From: Phoronis australis
Lineage: Eukaryota > Animalia > Phoronida
Length of the DNA: 64,000 nt
NCBI GenBank assembly: GCA_002633005.1
Contig: NMRA01000267.1
Span: 1 to 64,000, forward strand
Direction: 5' to 3'
The translations under genes were made by a program, and so were the position numbers. Shown here piece after piece: positions 27,301-38,336 of this stretch. Each line of letters opens with the position of its first letter. Position 1 is the first letter of the stretch. Below the pieces are notes generated by a model, which had not been told where the DNA came from, did not search any database, and saw nothing but the letters and a program-made list of their open reading frames with translations.

Positions 27301-30300
27301 AGTGAGTAAAGTTACAGAGTTTGCAAGTTTTGTGTGAAAACTTTCACATTTGTGGTGATCTCCGTTAAAAATATTTCAGACTTCAAGGCACACATATTAT
27401 GTTTCACTGCTCATCAAGAAATTAAAAATACACGGTTTCATAAGCTTAAACTTAGTATTTTACAAAATATTTGAAGAAGTGTCACCGTTAGTAAAATGGT
27501 AAAGTGGCAAAATAAGTGAAACGTAGACTTCAGTATCCATCCCTTCTTAACACTGAGCAAAGATTATGAATTTCTTTGTATTGTCGATGATCTCAACATC
27601 ACACCAAATGTAAAGAATGAACCCTTAGAATCATCTGAAGATGATACAATGTCATGATTTAATCTATTCACACATTCCCAGTCACGCTCCCTGAGTGCAG
27701 CACTGTGGAAAATTTCCTGTCCAACCCGACATCCTGGTCACACATCGCAACATCGTGTCTAATCTCATAACTCAAGGTTATGTAGGACCCTACAAAAATC
27801 CCAGTTTTGTCCAAATTCTGAAAATCATATCTCAGAAATGGCTGGCCGGACTCACAGGGAATTTTCAGGTACTATGCTTCATACATTGTTCTATTAAACA
27901 CTGTTAGTAATTGATTTTAAAACATTCAAGGGCTATCAAAAATAGGACTTTTCCGATCTTTATGAAAATAATTTGAAGATGCACAACAGAAAACGAAATG
28001 ATAATCTAGAAATTGTAACTGCGTGTTCGAGATCATACCTTGAACATTCATATTACATAGAATTTGCTCAATGTTATTGATCATGTTATTTTGCTAAGAA
28101 TGTACCATTCTTTTTTACTAAATTTTACTAAAAAAGCATGGTCACGTGGCCTACTTAATGGCAGACTGGTAGAACGTTAAGTTAAAAATCATATTTTACG
28201 GAATTTCTACTTTCAGAAAATTTATACTGTTGCCGAGTTAAATTCTAAAGTTTTGTAGATGTTTGGCTAAATGTACAGTCTCACTTGATAAGGTCCTACA
28301 TATCCTTGAAATTAAGACGTTAACATTCATCCCTGGCTTAAATCACAACTTACCATGCAACTTTGAAATAATCCCATTGACAGTGCTGTTGAAACCAACA
28401 AGAGTAGCCGAGTCAATTTCCTGCAGGCAGAAATTTGAAAACTCTTGACAAGAAAGAAACAACATGCTATATCTATGGCAATAGTTTGAAGGCCTAGTGG
28501 TTCAACAAGCCCTCTCAAGTTTAAAGGTAGTCAATATCTAATTGTCCTGAAGTCTGACAAACAAATTTTCTCTTCAATGCCTTTAAAACTAGTTTAACCT
28601 CAACACCTTCAGACAATAGGAATGACTTAACACTACACAACAGATATTTCGGTGTAATTAAAAACTTTAAATCCACATATTATGTTTCAGCAGGATTCGG
28701 TACAGACTGCAAGTACAATCCAAGACGTGTTTGTATGATGTTATAACAACATTTTAGGATTGCTGGAATTGGCTCATTCAGAACACCAGACATTTAAGCA
28801 AGTCTATCAGAACGTTAAATAGCAATGCTTTGCCCATCACACTACATTTTGAAAATTATGGCTGACTATTGCCTTGAAACGACAACACATTGACTGTATA
28901 AAGACATAAAGCATATGTTGGTCCTTACTTCAACTGTCTTGTCAATAAATGTATCCAAGTTGATAAACTCTGCCTGAATAATTTGCAGAGCTCCATACTT
29001 CTCCTCTTCAGCATTTTTCTTCAGCTTTGTCTGTGAGTACATCTGTTCATTAGTAAGAAAGGCACACACCATACCACCCCTGCAACACGAAAATAATATT
29101 ATTTAATATTCTAATTCAACTTAGTTGGGCCCTGCAACAAGTAAAATGCCTTGCTATCCATTCCAACATACCAGACAGCATTCGGAAAGCTCACCTTTGT
29201 TGATAAGTTTCATTGAAATCCGTCCTCCTTCACTGAAGACACGTCAGAAACAACAATGACTACACCACAGTGAGTGTTTCTTGGTGTATATTAGTTGGGT
29301 ATATTGCAAGTAGTTTATCCCGTTCAATCCGCCGTTGGACATAATACAATTGGATTGGCTTGACCACAAAGACATCAAAATCTGAAAGTTACTGCCACTG
29401 GCACACCCTAATCATGCACCACTCTCAAGGTCCCTCCAAAATCTGTCAAGCAATAATTAACAGAAAGCAAAACCTAGTCAAAAACTGAAAAGGTATACAC
29501 GGGGTGGTACAGTAGTCAAATCTATCTGAAAATCATCAGGTATCTGTGAACACACGTCATATATGTTTGTGTCTAGTTCAATAAAAGCTTGGCAACTCAT
29601 CTGGCCAAAAATTGATGGACAAGGAAAATTCTAACAAAAATTAATATGACTAAACAAATGTTGTCACTGGAACTAAATATAGGTGAAAATCAACCATCGT
29701 ATATCTCTATGTCAAGCTTCAACGAAATCTTATAAGCCATCATGACAACAACTGAAAGACAAGCTACAAATCTCGTCAAAAATTAAAACAGCCAACACTG
29801 GGATGCCACAGTAGTTGAATTTGTACTGGTTCCTGCGTATCCTAGCTAAAAACCCCCGAGTCAAGTCCCATCGCAGTTTTGTCAAACTGCTGTGACAATA
29901 ATCGATTGACAAGGCTAATCTTGATGAAAACTAAAATTGCCAGTGGGGGGAGGTGATACAATAAAGGACTCNTTTATGATCAGCTAAACCAAGGAACACT
30001 GTTTTTATTTTAACTTATGTCTCAAATAAAATTGACTTTGAATTTGATAAAGTTTGCTATTAAAATGATGATCAATAGGAAAACTTAATATGAAACGTAA
30101 GCAACGTTTTTTTCATAGATCATAAAGAAAGCACTGAGCACTATGGCATAGGTGTTTAAGACAGTAGCCACAACCACGCTTACTCTTGGCCAATTCCCCA
30201 GCTGTGTTCAACAGACTTGTAGCATTGGTAAGTTCACCAACAAACTTTTGGGCGTCGTCTCCAGCATCTGAAATAAATTAGATCAGTTTACAATAAATAA

Positions 30301-33300
30301 ACATTGTAGGAACTTGCAACATGTTTTTCCAGTCAAGCATTCACTCACGATAATTCTGCATGATCATGCATGGCTTATGCGTGCATTTGGGCAAATATGC
30401 ATGCATGTGGAGCTGCGTCTGCATCAGAATTAAGTCACACATATGCTAAACACCTGATAAACATAGCTTATTGAATGTGGAAACATCTTCCTTATGCACT
30501 ATAAAATAATAGTCTTATCAGTTATTTTGAAGAGTTTAATTCTTTCATTACCAAGGGCTGCATTTATTCAAGTATTTTCTAAAATACTAAGTTTCAACCC
30601 ATGATATTTAATTGTATAACAAAACCTTTGGTGACCACAAAATGTGCAAGGGCATTTGAAGTATATAACTAGTCAGTTTTACAGAAGTCTTGATTACACC
30701 TTCAGACATGAAAATTTTTACTCAAAATTTGACGAGTCTGTTTATTCGCTCTAAAAAAAGCATGGTCACGTGGCCTACTTAATGGCAGACTGGTATAACG
30801 TTAACTTAAAAATCATATTTTACGGAATTTCTACTTTCAGAAAATTTATACTGTTGCTGAGTTAAATTCTAAAGTTTTATAGATGTTTGGCTAAATGTAC
30901 AGTCTCATTTGATAAGGTCCTACATATCCTTGAAATTAAGACGTTAACATTCATCCCTGGCTTAAATCACAACTTACCATGCAACTTTGAAATAATCCCA
31001 TTGACAGTGCTGTTGAAACCACCAAGAGTAGCGGAGTCAATTTCCTGCAGGCAGAAATTTTAAACTCTTGACAAGAAAGAAACAACACGATAGGTCTACA
31101 GTGAATATCTGAAGGTCTAGTGGTTCAACACGCACTCTGAAGTTCAAGGGTCACCAAGGTCCAAATGTTCTCAAGTCTGATAAACAATATAGCCTCTTTA
31201 ATGTCTTTAAAACCAGTTCAACCTCAACACCTTCAGACATTAGGAATGACTTAATACTACACAACAGATACTTTGGTGTAATTAAAAACTTTAAATCCAC
31301 ATATTATGTTTCAGCAGGCTTCGCTACAGATTGCTAGTACAATCCAAGACGTGTTTGTATGATGTTATAACAACATGTTTAGGATTGCTGGAATTGGCTC
31401 ATTCAGACCACCAGACATTTAAGCAAGTCTATCAGAACGTTAAATAGCAATGCTTTGCCCATCACACTAAAATACTTTTTGAAAATTATGGCTGACTATT
31501 GCCTAGAAACGACAACACATTGACTGTATAAAGACGTAATGCATATGTTGGTCCTTACTTCAACTGTCTTGTCAATAAATGCATCCAAGTTGCTAAACTC
31601 TGACTGAATAATTTGCAGAGCTCCATACTTCTCCTCTTCAGCATTTTTCTTCAGCTTTGTCTGTGAGTACATCTGTTCATTAGTAAGAAAGGCACACACC
31701 ATACCACCCCTGCAACACGAAAATAATATTATTTAATATTCTAATTCAACTTAGTTGGGCCCTGCAACAAGTAAAATGCCTTGCTATCCATTCCAACATA
31801 CCAGACAGCATTCGGAAAGCTCACCTTTGTTGATAAGTTTCATTGAAATCCGTCCTCCTTCACTGAAGACACGTCAGAAACAACAACGACTACACCACAG
31901 TGAGTGTTTCTTGGTGTATATTAGTTGGGTATATTGCAAGTAGTTTATCCCGTTCAATCCGCCGTTGGACATAATACAATTGGATTGGCTTGACCACAAA
32001 GACATCAAAATCTGAAAGTTACTGCCACTGGCACACCCTAATCATGCACCACTCTCAAGGTCCCTCCAAAATCTGTCAAGCAATAATTAACAGAAAGCAA
32101 AACCTAGTCAAAAACTGAAAAGGTATACACGGGGTGGTACAGTAGTCAAATCTATCTGAAAATCATCAGGTATCTGTGAACACACGTCATATATGTTTGT
32201 GTCTAGTTCAATAAAAGCTTGGCAACTCATGTTGACAAAAACTGATGGACAAGGAAAATTCTAACAAAAATTAATATGACTAAACAAATGTTGTCACTGG
32301 AACTAATTATAGGTGAAAATCAACCATCGTATATCTCTATGTCAAGCTTCAACGAAATCTTATAAGCCATCATGACAACAACTGAAAGACAAGCTACAAA
32401 TCTCGTCAAAAATTAAAACAGCCAACACTGGGATGCCACAGTAGTTGAATTTGTACTGGTTCCTGCGTATCCTAGCTAAAAACCCCCGAGTCAAGTCCCA
32501 TCAAAGTTTTGTCAAACTGCTGTGACAATAATCGATTGACAAGGCTAATCTTGATGAAAACTAAAATTGCCAGTGGGGGGAGGTGATACAATAAAGGACT
32601 CCAAAAAGCAACTAGCGCCGGCCTATTCTTAACATAAGAATCTGAAGTTTCAGCAAAATTCATCTAGTGGCTTTACCAAAAAACTGACGGATAAGAATTT
32701 CTTGCTGTAAATCAAAATGGCCAACAGGGGGTGCTGTGGCAGTTAAATCCATCTGAAAATTGACTGGTGCTGGTACATTTCCACCACACACCTTTCTTCA
32801 AAATGTCTTATCGAAAACTTAATGGCCAAACCACAATAGTCAAGCAAAGGAAAGGACAGACAATGCTGCACAGGATGCAGCCTGTATGCCAGAATAAAAA
32901 ATTACTGCTGAACAAAAAGTTGAAAATTTTTCTTTCCTAATTTTGTAAAATTTACAGTAACAGATGCTTGTCACTCTTTTCAAACTTACTATGAACACCT
33001 GGGTGCACTTGTACATGTAAATCATTTTGATGTTGCGAAATGATATTTTCCACTCTTGTGCCTTCAAATGGATATCAATCATGTGCTATGTCTAAGATGT
33101 ACCAGTAAAAACATGCCATTTGCTAAATATTTACCTAACACTGACATTCTCTCAAACAGACGGAACAGTGATACATTGGTAAAAAGCAACAAGTCATTTG
33201 AATAATTTTTTCCTCCATTAAGACATATTGCCCAACTCAACCAACATTATGAACAGAAATCTATAAAATCAATTTTTTATCATTTAAAATGGTTTAAAAC

Positions 33301-35677
33301 CCCTTTTTAGTGCTGTTTACACTTACAAAGATCAGCTGACACGGAACGAGTTGTTCCAGTGTGTAAACGGACTGACACGGAGCAAATTGACACCGCGGTG
33401 ACAAATTTTTGCCACCCGTTTGTGAGGAAGAGCAATTTGCACCCGAACATCTTGCGCCGTGTCAATTATAAGTCTAAACGCAAAATTGGAACAAGGCAGA
33501 AAGGATCATCCCTACTGCGCTTGTGCAATGACCTTCATATTGTTTCTTTGTCTCTGCAACTCTCGTCATTTGTAAACCTGCGCATGTGTGATTCAGTCTC
33601 TCCAGCCTGCAATTTCCGTCTTGCCACGGTTTGTGAGTTGTGTGTGTGTAAACGGCCGCTTGACACGGGTCAGTTTGCTCCGTGTCAGTTGCACCAGGCC
33701 AAAAGTTGATGTCTAAACGGGACTTTTGGGTCTCAAAGAAACTGTTTTTGATTTAGATCACTTCCAACTATGAAATCAGTTTCAACTTGTTCCATTCTCA
33801 GATTACGAATGTCTGGTGTACAGATCAACTGGTAGTTCCATAGTGCTTCAGTGTGCGAATAAAACGTGCTTGATCTCAAGCAGTGACAAACTGTCAACTG
33901 TTCCCAAGCCCAGAAATCATATCTTATATGAGCAATGAACAAGTTGAGACCATATTTATCTCACAAAAAGCATTAAACCAAATTTTTTTTGACAGAGGTA
34001 GCTTTATAGCCGTTTTAAGCTTACAACATGAGTGTGGTGAACACGGCAAGTAGGAGTCCACAGACGACTCGCTGGCATTTAGCATGTTTGCCTTCCATGT
34101 CCTGGTGATGGCCGCCACACTTATTGCAGCAGCAGCGACAGCAGCAGACGATACAACCAACGAGTGGCATGAGGAGGATGAAGAGTACACCAACTGCAGC
34201 GCAGATGGTGTAGCCAATGTACGTCAATAGCAACTGAAAGTAAACATCAACGAAATAGAACACACATTGCATTGACAACAGGTAATACTGATATCTTTGT
34301 CGGAAAACAAAATTTAAATAATCTCGTAAGTTAACAGACTGAGACAATTATACATACACTTATAATGGCCGCACGCACATTGCAGCATCAGTCACGCGTA
34401 TCTGGCAAGCACCAGATGTCGCCTCGTGTGTAGGGGCCTCAGGTAGTGCTATAATAACTATGCCTCCTGCTGCCACAGATTACCTACACATTGGATAATT
34501 GTTGCCATGCACTCCCAATACTGTATCATGTCACGGTAGATGTGCACAGTGGATTGGCAGGAAATTTCTGTTTCTAAACCGCCAAAACTCTATTTTCAGA
34601 TTCTCCCATAACAGCCAAAATTAAAATAGAACATTGATGTAGTTGAGTGCCCAAAGGGAACGCGACGAAATGTACGACCATAGGTATCGGAAGGAGGAGT
34701 AAGGATCCACTTCCATTGGGGAGAGTAAGGATCCACTCAAGAAAACATTTGAAATTAACAGCTCATTTTCTAGATTTTGGTAAAATTGTCATTGTTTTGC
34801 TAACCCGAATATAGTAAAGCATAAATGAGAGTGAGCTTATACAATACACAGCAGGATATAAAGGTAGTAACAACTACCTTAGGTCAACAAGTTTAAAAAG
34901 TGCTGCACATAACCTCATATATCAAATTGGCAAAACCGAAAATTGGTCAGAAGATGCCTCCCTATTTTATAGTGATAAAAGCGTCACATAGGATTGCAGC
35001 AGCAAAAGTATGGCATAACACTAATTGGTTTTACTTTCTCAAGGAAAATTCATTTTCTAATGAAATGCATTTTGTTGGATTTTACTTTGCACATTTTAAT
35101 CCAGTATATTACATTCAACTTTGAACCAAGGCTATGAAATTATGGGAGTAATTTAATTTCTGAAAGAAATACAGGAGGATGTGTATGTCACAAAATGGAA
35201 TTGGTTTACAACCTACTGGAAGTCCATCAATCGATTCTTATAAAAATCCTTCAACTATTGCGCCCAAATAATAGTCAAAATTGTCATTTCTCATTTTTCA
35301 AAGGCCAACTATCATCACTGCACCCTTTTCAAATAATGAACTAAGTAGTATTTTAAAAATTATTAAATTGAGGACAAAAATAATTGGCAAAATTTCAACA
35401 TCACCTCAGATACTCAAAAATTTTCCAGATGTTGTTAAGTGACAGCTCTCCAGTGCAGACAATTTCTTTCCTGAGAACTTTGGCAACAAGAAATTCTACT
35501 TGTGCCATACACAAACTGAGGAATTTTTGCAAAGATCAACTCAGCTGTGATTTGAAAAAATAGTTACAATACTTGTACATTTTAAAACAACTAAAAATTG
35601 AAATAATTCATATTCAAATCTTACCTCTTCGTATTTCAATGATGAGAGCTTCCCTGATGTAATGTCTTGAATTAACT
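3317..35677 (-). CDS. PROM1: Prominin (CD133/prominin-1-like) multi-exon gene, partial model of 22 exons; first coding exon and terminal exon not securely located
   Basis: Manual exon chaining: all exons have AG/GT boundaries, compatible phases and one open frame (2257 nt). Family hallmarks: TM1 followed by a Cys-rich loop ([22 protein letters not shown]), TM3 ([11 protein letters not shown]...[23 protein letters not shown]), IGKCRPIY...C...EPFNGFW before TM5, cytoplasmic YDD..DTIPL. Confidence 0.93.
3654..3778 (-). CDS. PROM1: Prominin exon (125 nt), TM5
   Basis: [41 protein letters not shown](V); cttgtAG / GTAAGC; phase 0 to 2. Confidence 0.92.
4705..4794 (-). CDS. PROM1: Prominin exon (90 nt)
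   Basis: [30 protein letters not shown]; ttttacAG / GTAAGG; conserved C.P...C....P pattern. Confidence 0.92.
5018..5086 (-). CDS. PROM1: Prominin exon (69 nt)
   Basis: [23 protein letters not shown]; tttttgcAG / GTATGT. Confidence 0.83.
5770..5850 (-). CDS. PROM1: Prominin exon (81 nt)
   Basis: [27 protein letters not shown]; tttcAG / GTGAGA. Confidence 0.85.
6417..6467 (-). CDS. PROM1: Prominin exon (51 nt)
   Basis: [17 protein letters not shown]; tctttcttttcAG / GTATAG. Confidence 0.8.
6730..6988. mobile_element. MITE, family also at about 13855-14085 and 42463-42699; related at 46114-46389 and 48688-48968
   Basis: Imperfect TIRs GG(G)CC(T/C)(A/G)TTCCAAGAA..CTGACTTA / TAAGTCAG.TTCTTGGAAC; shared interior (AATCTTAAG, TTTGTCTC, TTTCAAGAAA). 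Confidence 0.6.
9537..11520 (-). mobile_element. Non-autonomous Helentron-associated element (HINE/DINE-1-like), full-length, with internal satellite array
   Basis: On +: ACAAGAG terminus, stem-loop CAACGC-GGA-GCGTTG (9544-9558), subTIR ATGCGCCCACA (9561-9571), ~450-bp higher-order repeats (about 9940-11330), (GACG)n microsatellite (11421-11471), hairpin ATGCGTCCACATATAAATATGTGGGCGCAT containing the inverted subTIR (11486-11515), A-run, no TSD. Confidence 0.8.
12092..12166 (-). CDS. PROM1: Prominin exon (75 nt)
   Basis: [25 protein letters not shown]; cttctccacAG / GTAAGT; phase 0 to 0. Confidence 0.8.
13011..13085 (-). CDS. PROM1: Prominin exon (75 nt)
   Basis: [25 protein letters not shown]; tttatttacAG / GTAAGT. 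Confidence 0.85.
13495..13635 (-). CDS. PROM1: Prominin exon (141 nt)
   Basis: [47 protein letters not shown]; tttttgcAG / GTAGGA. Confidence 0.86.
15185..15266 (-). CDS. PROM1: Prominin exon (82 nt)
   Basis: [27 protein letters not shown]; tttcAG / GTAAAA; phase 2 to 0. Confidence 0.87.
16276..16464 (-). CDS. PROM1: Prominin exon (189 nt), TM4
   Basis: [34 protein letters not shown]...NISVANAL(K); tttcAG / GTATGT; phase 2 to 2. Confidence 0.92.
16969..17115 (-). CDS. PROM1: Prominin exon (147 nt), TM3
   Basis: [48 protein letters not shown](A); tttttAG / GTATGT; phase 2 to 2. Confidence 0.93.
18478..18551 (-). CDS. PROM1: Prominin exon (74 nt)
   Basis: [24 protein letters not shown](R); ttcttctAG / GTTGGT; phase 0 to 2, joining to give the Y-R-W motif before TM3. 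Confidence 0.78.
18870..20628 (-). mobile_element. Older degenerate HINE-related elements flanking copy 2, including a (CTG)n tract at 20507-20565
   Basis: Decayed satellite subunits (AATTTCATGAAGATCC, CTAAAATTGCCACTA, GGGTTTTGGAGATA) and decayed terminal hairpins at about 20218-20248 and 20601-20628. Boundaries approximate. Confidence 0.55.
19183..19784 (-). mobile_element. Same HINE family, copy 2 (interior collapsed at N 19362), nested in an older related element
   Basis: Same ACAAGAGCAACGC...ATGCGCCCACA start and same terminal hairpin; high identity to both ends of 9537-11520. Confidence 0.8.
21312..21385 (-). CDS. PROM1: Prominin exon (74 nt)
   Basis: (Q)[24 protein letters not shown]; ttctcttatccAG / GTAATG; phase 1 to 0. 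Confidence 0.8.
22175..22238 (-). CDS. PROM1: Prominin exon (64 nt)
   Basis: [21 protein letters not shown]; ctttcAG / GTAAGA; phase 0 to 1. Confidence 0.83.
24661..24747 (-). CDS. PROM1: Prominin exon (87 nt)
   Basis: [29 protein letters not shown]; tttatttcAG / GTTTGG; phase 0 to 0. Confidence 0.78.
25463..25677 (-). CDS. PROM1: Prominin exon (215 nt), first large extracellular loop
   Basis: (R)[46 protein letters not shown]...C...QTNFN; taatAG / GTAAGG; phase 1 to 0; paired Cys as in prominins. Confidence 0.88.
26368..26451 (-). CDS. PROM1: Prominin exon (84 nt), copy A
   Basis: Coding sequence identical to 30184-30267; tttcAG / GTAAGT. Confidence 0.82.
28354..28420 (-). CDS. PROM1: Prominin exon (67 nt), copy A
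   Basis: [22 protein letters not shown]; ctgcAG / GTAAGT. Confidence 0.82.
28929..29079 (-). CDS. PROM1: Prominin exon (151 nt), haplotype copy A
   Basis: Same exon as 31559-31709 with 3 substitutions ([10 protein letters not shown]); splice sites intact. Confidence 0.88.
30184..30267 (-). CDS. PROM1: Prominin exon (84 nt), copy B
   Basis: (D)[27 protein letters not shown]; tttatttcAG / GTAAGC; phase 1 to 1. Confidence 0.82.
30978..31044 (-). CDS. PROM1: Prominin exon (67 nt), copy B
   Basis: [22 protein letters not shown]; ctgcAG / GTAAGT; phase 0 to 1. Confidence 0.82.
31559..31709 (-). CDS. PROM1: Prominin exon (151 nt), haplotype copy B
   Basis: [16 protein letters not shown]...[16 protein letters not shown]; ttgcAG / GTAAGG; phase 2 to 0. 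Confidence 0.88.
31990..32900 (-). mobile_element. Degenerate HINE-related satellite element (partly duplicated at about 29360-29971)
   Basis: Diverged subunits (CAGTAGTCAAATCTATCTGAAAATCATC, CTAAAATTGCCAGTGGGGGG, AAAATGGCCAACAGGGGGTGC). Boundaries approximate. Confidence 0.5.
33297..33727. mobile_element. Dispersed ~430-bp repeat (probable MITE); second copy at 52997-53440
   Basis: Colinear similarity (GATCAGCTGACAC...GAGCAAATTGACACCGCGGTGACAA...CCAAAAGTTGATGTCTAAA.GGGACTT) with internal inverted GACAC/GTGTC motifs. Confidence 0.7.
34025..34233 (-). CDS. PROM1: Prominin exon (209 nt): TM1, Cys-rich loop, start of TM2
   Basis: [41 protein letters not shown]...[14 protein letters not shown]; ctttcAG / GTAAGC; phase 0 to 2. 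Confidence 0.95.
35625..35677 (-). CDS. PROM1: Prominin exon (53 nt): (E)[17 protein letters not shown]
   Basis: tttatttcttAG acceptor, GTAAGA donor; phase 1 to 0; short exon immediately before the TM1 exon. Confidence 0.75.
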
Positions 35678-38336
35678 CTAAGAAATAAATATATAAAAAG
35701 TCAATAAGCACATCAAGCAGTTCAACAAGTAACAAAGTACTGACTGATTCAACTTAAACTGGCACTTTAAATTTACTCACAAACTACATATCAGTTTATT
35801 AACAAATCTATTATTTATTATAGGTCAGGGATTGCTCATCTTAATCAACATCCGATAGAGTCCAATTCACAAAAAATACGAAGTGAAATTAAATGCCCAT
35901 GCATCACATAAAAATTCCACTGTTAAGAAAATTTTGTTATGAAAGGCTGTCCTTAAGATTTTTTTTGTTGAAGTTTTTTAACTGAATCTTGAAAATTTAT
36001 CCCATGAATGCAAAGTCTGTTCACTCAACAAATAAATCTACAGGAAATTTCTGAAAAAAAACATCTACATGAACGGGTTCATATCCCACAAACTCCTGCC
36101 ATGAGTAGGAGACTCCCATGAATTAATTTACCAGGTAAGATATTTTACATGGGCTACCAGATTGTCCTAGTAATACACATAGGCAAGGTTTAATCTTTCA
36201 AAAGGGCTGTCAAATGAGACTTGAAGTAGCCTTTTCGCACCATGTTGCGTTCCTAGGAGAACACAGAACAAAGAACGAAAGACCAGAATTAGTTGTATTG
36301 AACAGCAGTGAGAATAGAACACAAATAGGATTCACGTGGTGAATGGTGACGAAGAAGAAGAATCCTAACCATTGAGCGCAGTAAAATTTCCTCAAATTCG
36401 AACTCAAATAGTGACCACAACTGCCATTTTTCATTTTTTCAAATGTTCACTGTAAAATTTCACTCTACTTCTTGAAAGCAGCTAGTTTTTGCTGAAGTTT
36501 TTCATAGCATAAGATTTTACCGCACTGCCATGTATTGACTTCTAATTTTGAAGTTTTATCATACATTTGCCAATTTATGCCATTGGTAAGCTTGAAGTTA
36601 TGCTCAAAACACATGACAGCAACAAATTTCAGTGTGATAACGACACTATATATGACACGGAGCATGAAGTAAGCAGTTCAGAAATTCTACAAGCTTTTAG
36701 AATATTGTTATATGTCAATGGTGGTTAAAATTAAACACAACCATAGGCAAGATGAAACCCCCCACACAATTACATAACACATCATCTTCTGAATTTCTTT
36801 GGCAAATAAACAACTTATTCATATCACAACCAAATTTACATAAACAATAGACCTTTTGAGAGGAGAAGCAAGGTGGCATTAAGACCTGTGACTCAAGCAG
36901 GTCCAGGTCCCATTAAGGCGACTGAAAAACCAACAGCTAACGGTCAACATCAGTACTGGAAGTTAGCGTCTCCTGCTGTCAGGACGGAAGTGTGGTGAGA
37001 CAATTAATGCCACCGCACATAGTCTACGACCCTGTCTGTGGCAGGTAATTTACAGGTGGCATCATGACACTAAACGTTACTACTCAGTGGGAATTTGCCT
37101 CAAAGATGTGTAAGACCTCATGCTGGTTTTCCACATGCATGACTACAGCCACTTTTCAGCCATGTTTATAAACCTGCATGTGGTCTAAAGCGGATTAAGA
37201 TTTTGTTTCAAGATTAAGTTGATGTGATAAGTCCATTCATCTTATAAGAAAAATCACAAGTTAACCACATGACATTTGTTTCATATAATCATTCATCATC
37301 ACACTCAACATGATCATCGTCACCATTGCATTTTTATTCAGTTTTCTGCCAAGCACCAGTCTTCGTACAGTGCTTTCGTTTCCAAGATGGCCAATGTTAT
37401 TTCAGCTACCTTTCTTCTCAGACTGTTTTTTTTTTATTCTCAAACTGTCCCCAAAATTACTCATTCATTATGCTGTGACCCTCCTCCACAGTGCATTTCA
37501 TTTACCGTTCACAAAACAACGAACACCTGTTGCATGGAAAATATCATGTTCGCTATTGATTTTGTAGTGAATTAATTTAAAATGTACAATAAAACAACAT
37601 GCCATACATGTCAAAAGGTAGAGTTCAGACAAAATACATCACAACACTACCTACAGTCACAGTAAGGTCGGGCAAAACACCAACTCCCTTAGCCTGTAAA
37701 AAGCACTGTTCCTGGTAGGCTAATAACCTCAATGAAGGACAACTTGGAGATTAAACATGGGAACTTAGGGCTCATTAGCCATGGTAGGCAGCTAGTACAG
37801 GACACTCCCAAACAAAACCATGAGCTGCCAATGCCTACCATGTAGACAGAACAGTGTTGGCTTTTGAGGACAACTCCTGGCTGACCTGTGCCTGTGATAC
37901 ACATCCCATTGATTCAAAGAACCAGACATACACACATTCCACCCATCATGGGCATGCAAACAAATATTTGACAGTATGGTGCTCATCCCATGGTTTGCCA
38001 GTCCTCCACTACAAAAGGAGTTGCAGGGTCCAACAGCATCATTCCGATGCATGGCAGATTTTGCCCAGCAGACACGACCGAACATTTGAAATGCACGTCA
38101 GGAAACACAGAAGAAAAAGGAAGATTACCATGGAAAAGCACAACATGCAACTTGTGTCATGTTGGAATTTTGTCAATGAAGAAACCTGAAGGCAGTCCTG
38201 TCTCAGAATTGTTCACCATAATCTCAAACCTAAAAACTTTGTTCAATATGTGAAAGATAACAGCTGCCCCCAAAACAGTGCAAAGCAGTGTCTTTCATTC
38301 TTAAATGGGTAATAAACTTGAGCTTTCGGTAAGTAA

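Larger units (their letters stand above)
26159..32601. repeat. Segment pair 26159-29971 / 29973-32601 joined by a single N (probable uncollapsed haplotypes)
   Basis: Near-identical colinear copies; junction exactly at N 29972. Confidence 0.85.

Noticed and set aside
38043-38147. Signal-peptide-like minus-strand frame MLCFSMVIFLFLLCFLTCISNVRSC... as prominin exon 1
   Set aside because: Stops after about 35 codons with no suitable phase-1 donor and no prominin N-terminal motif.
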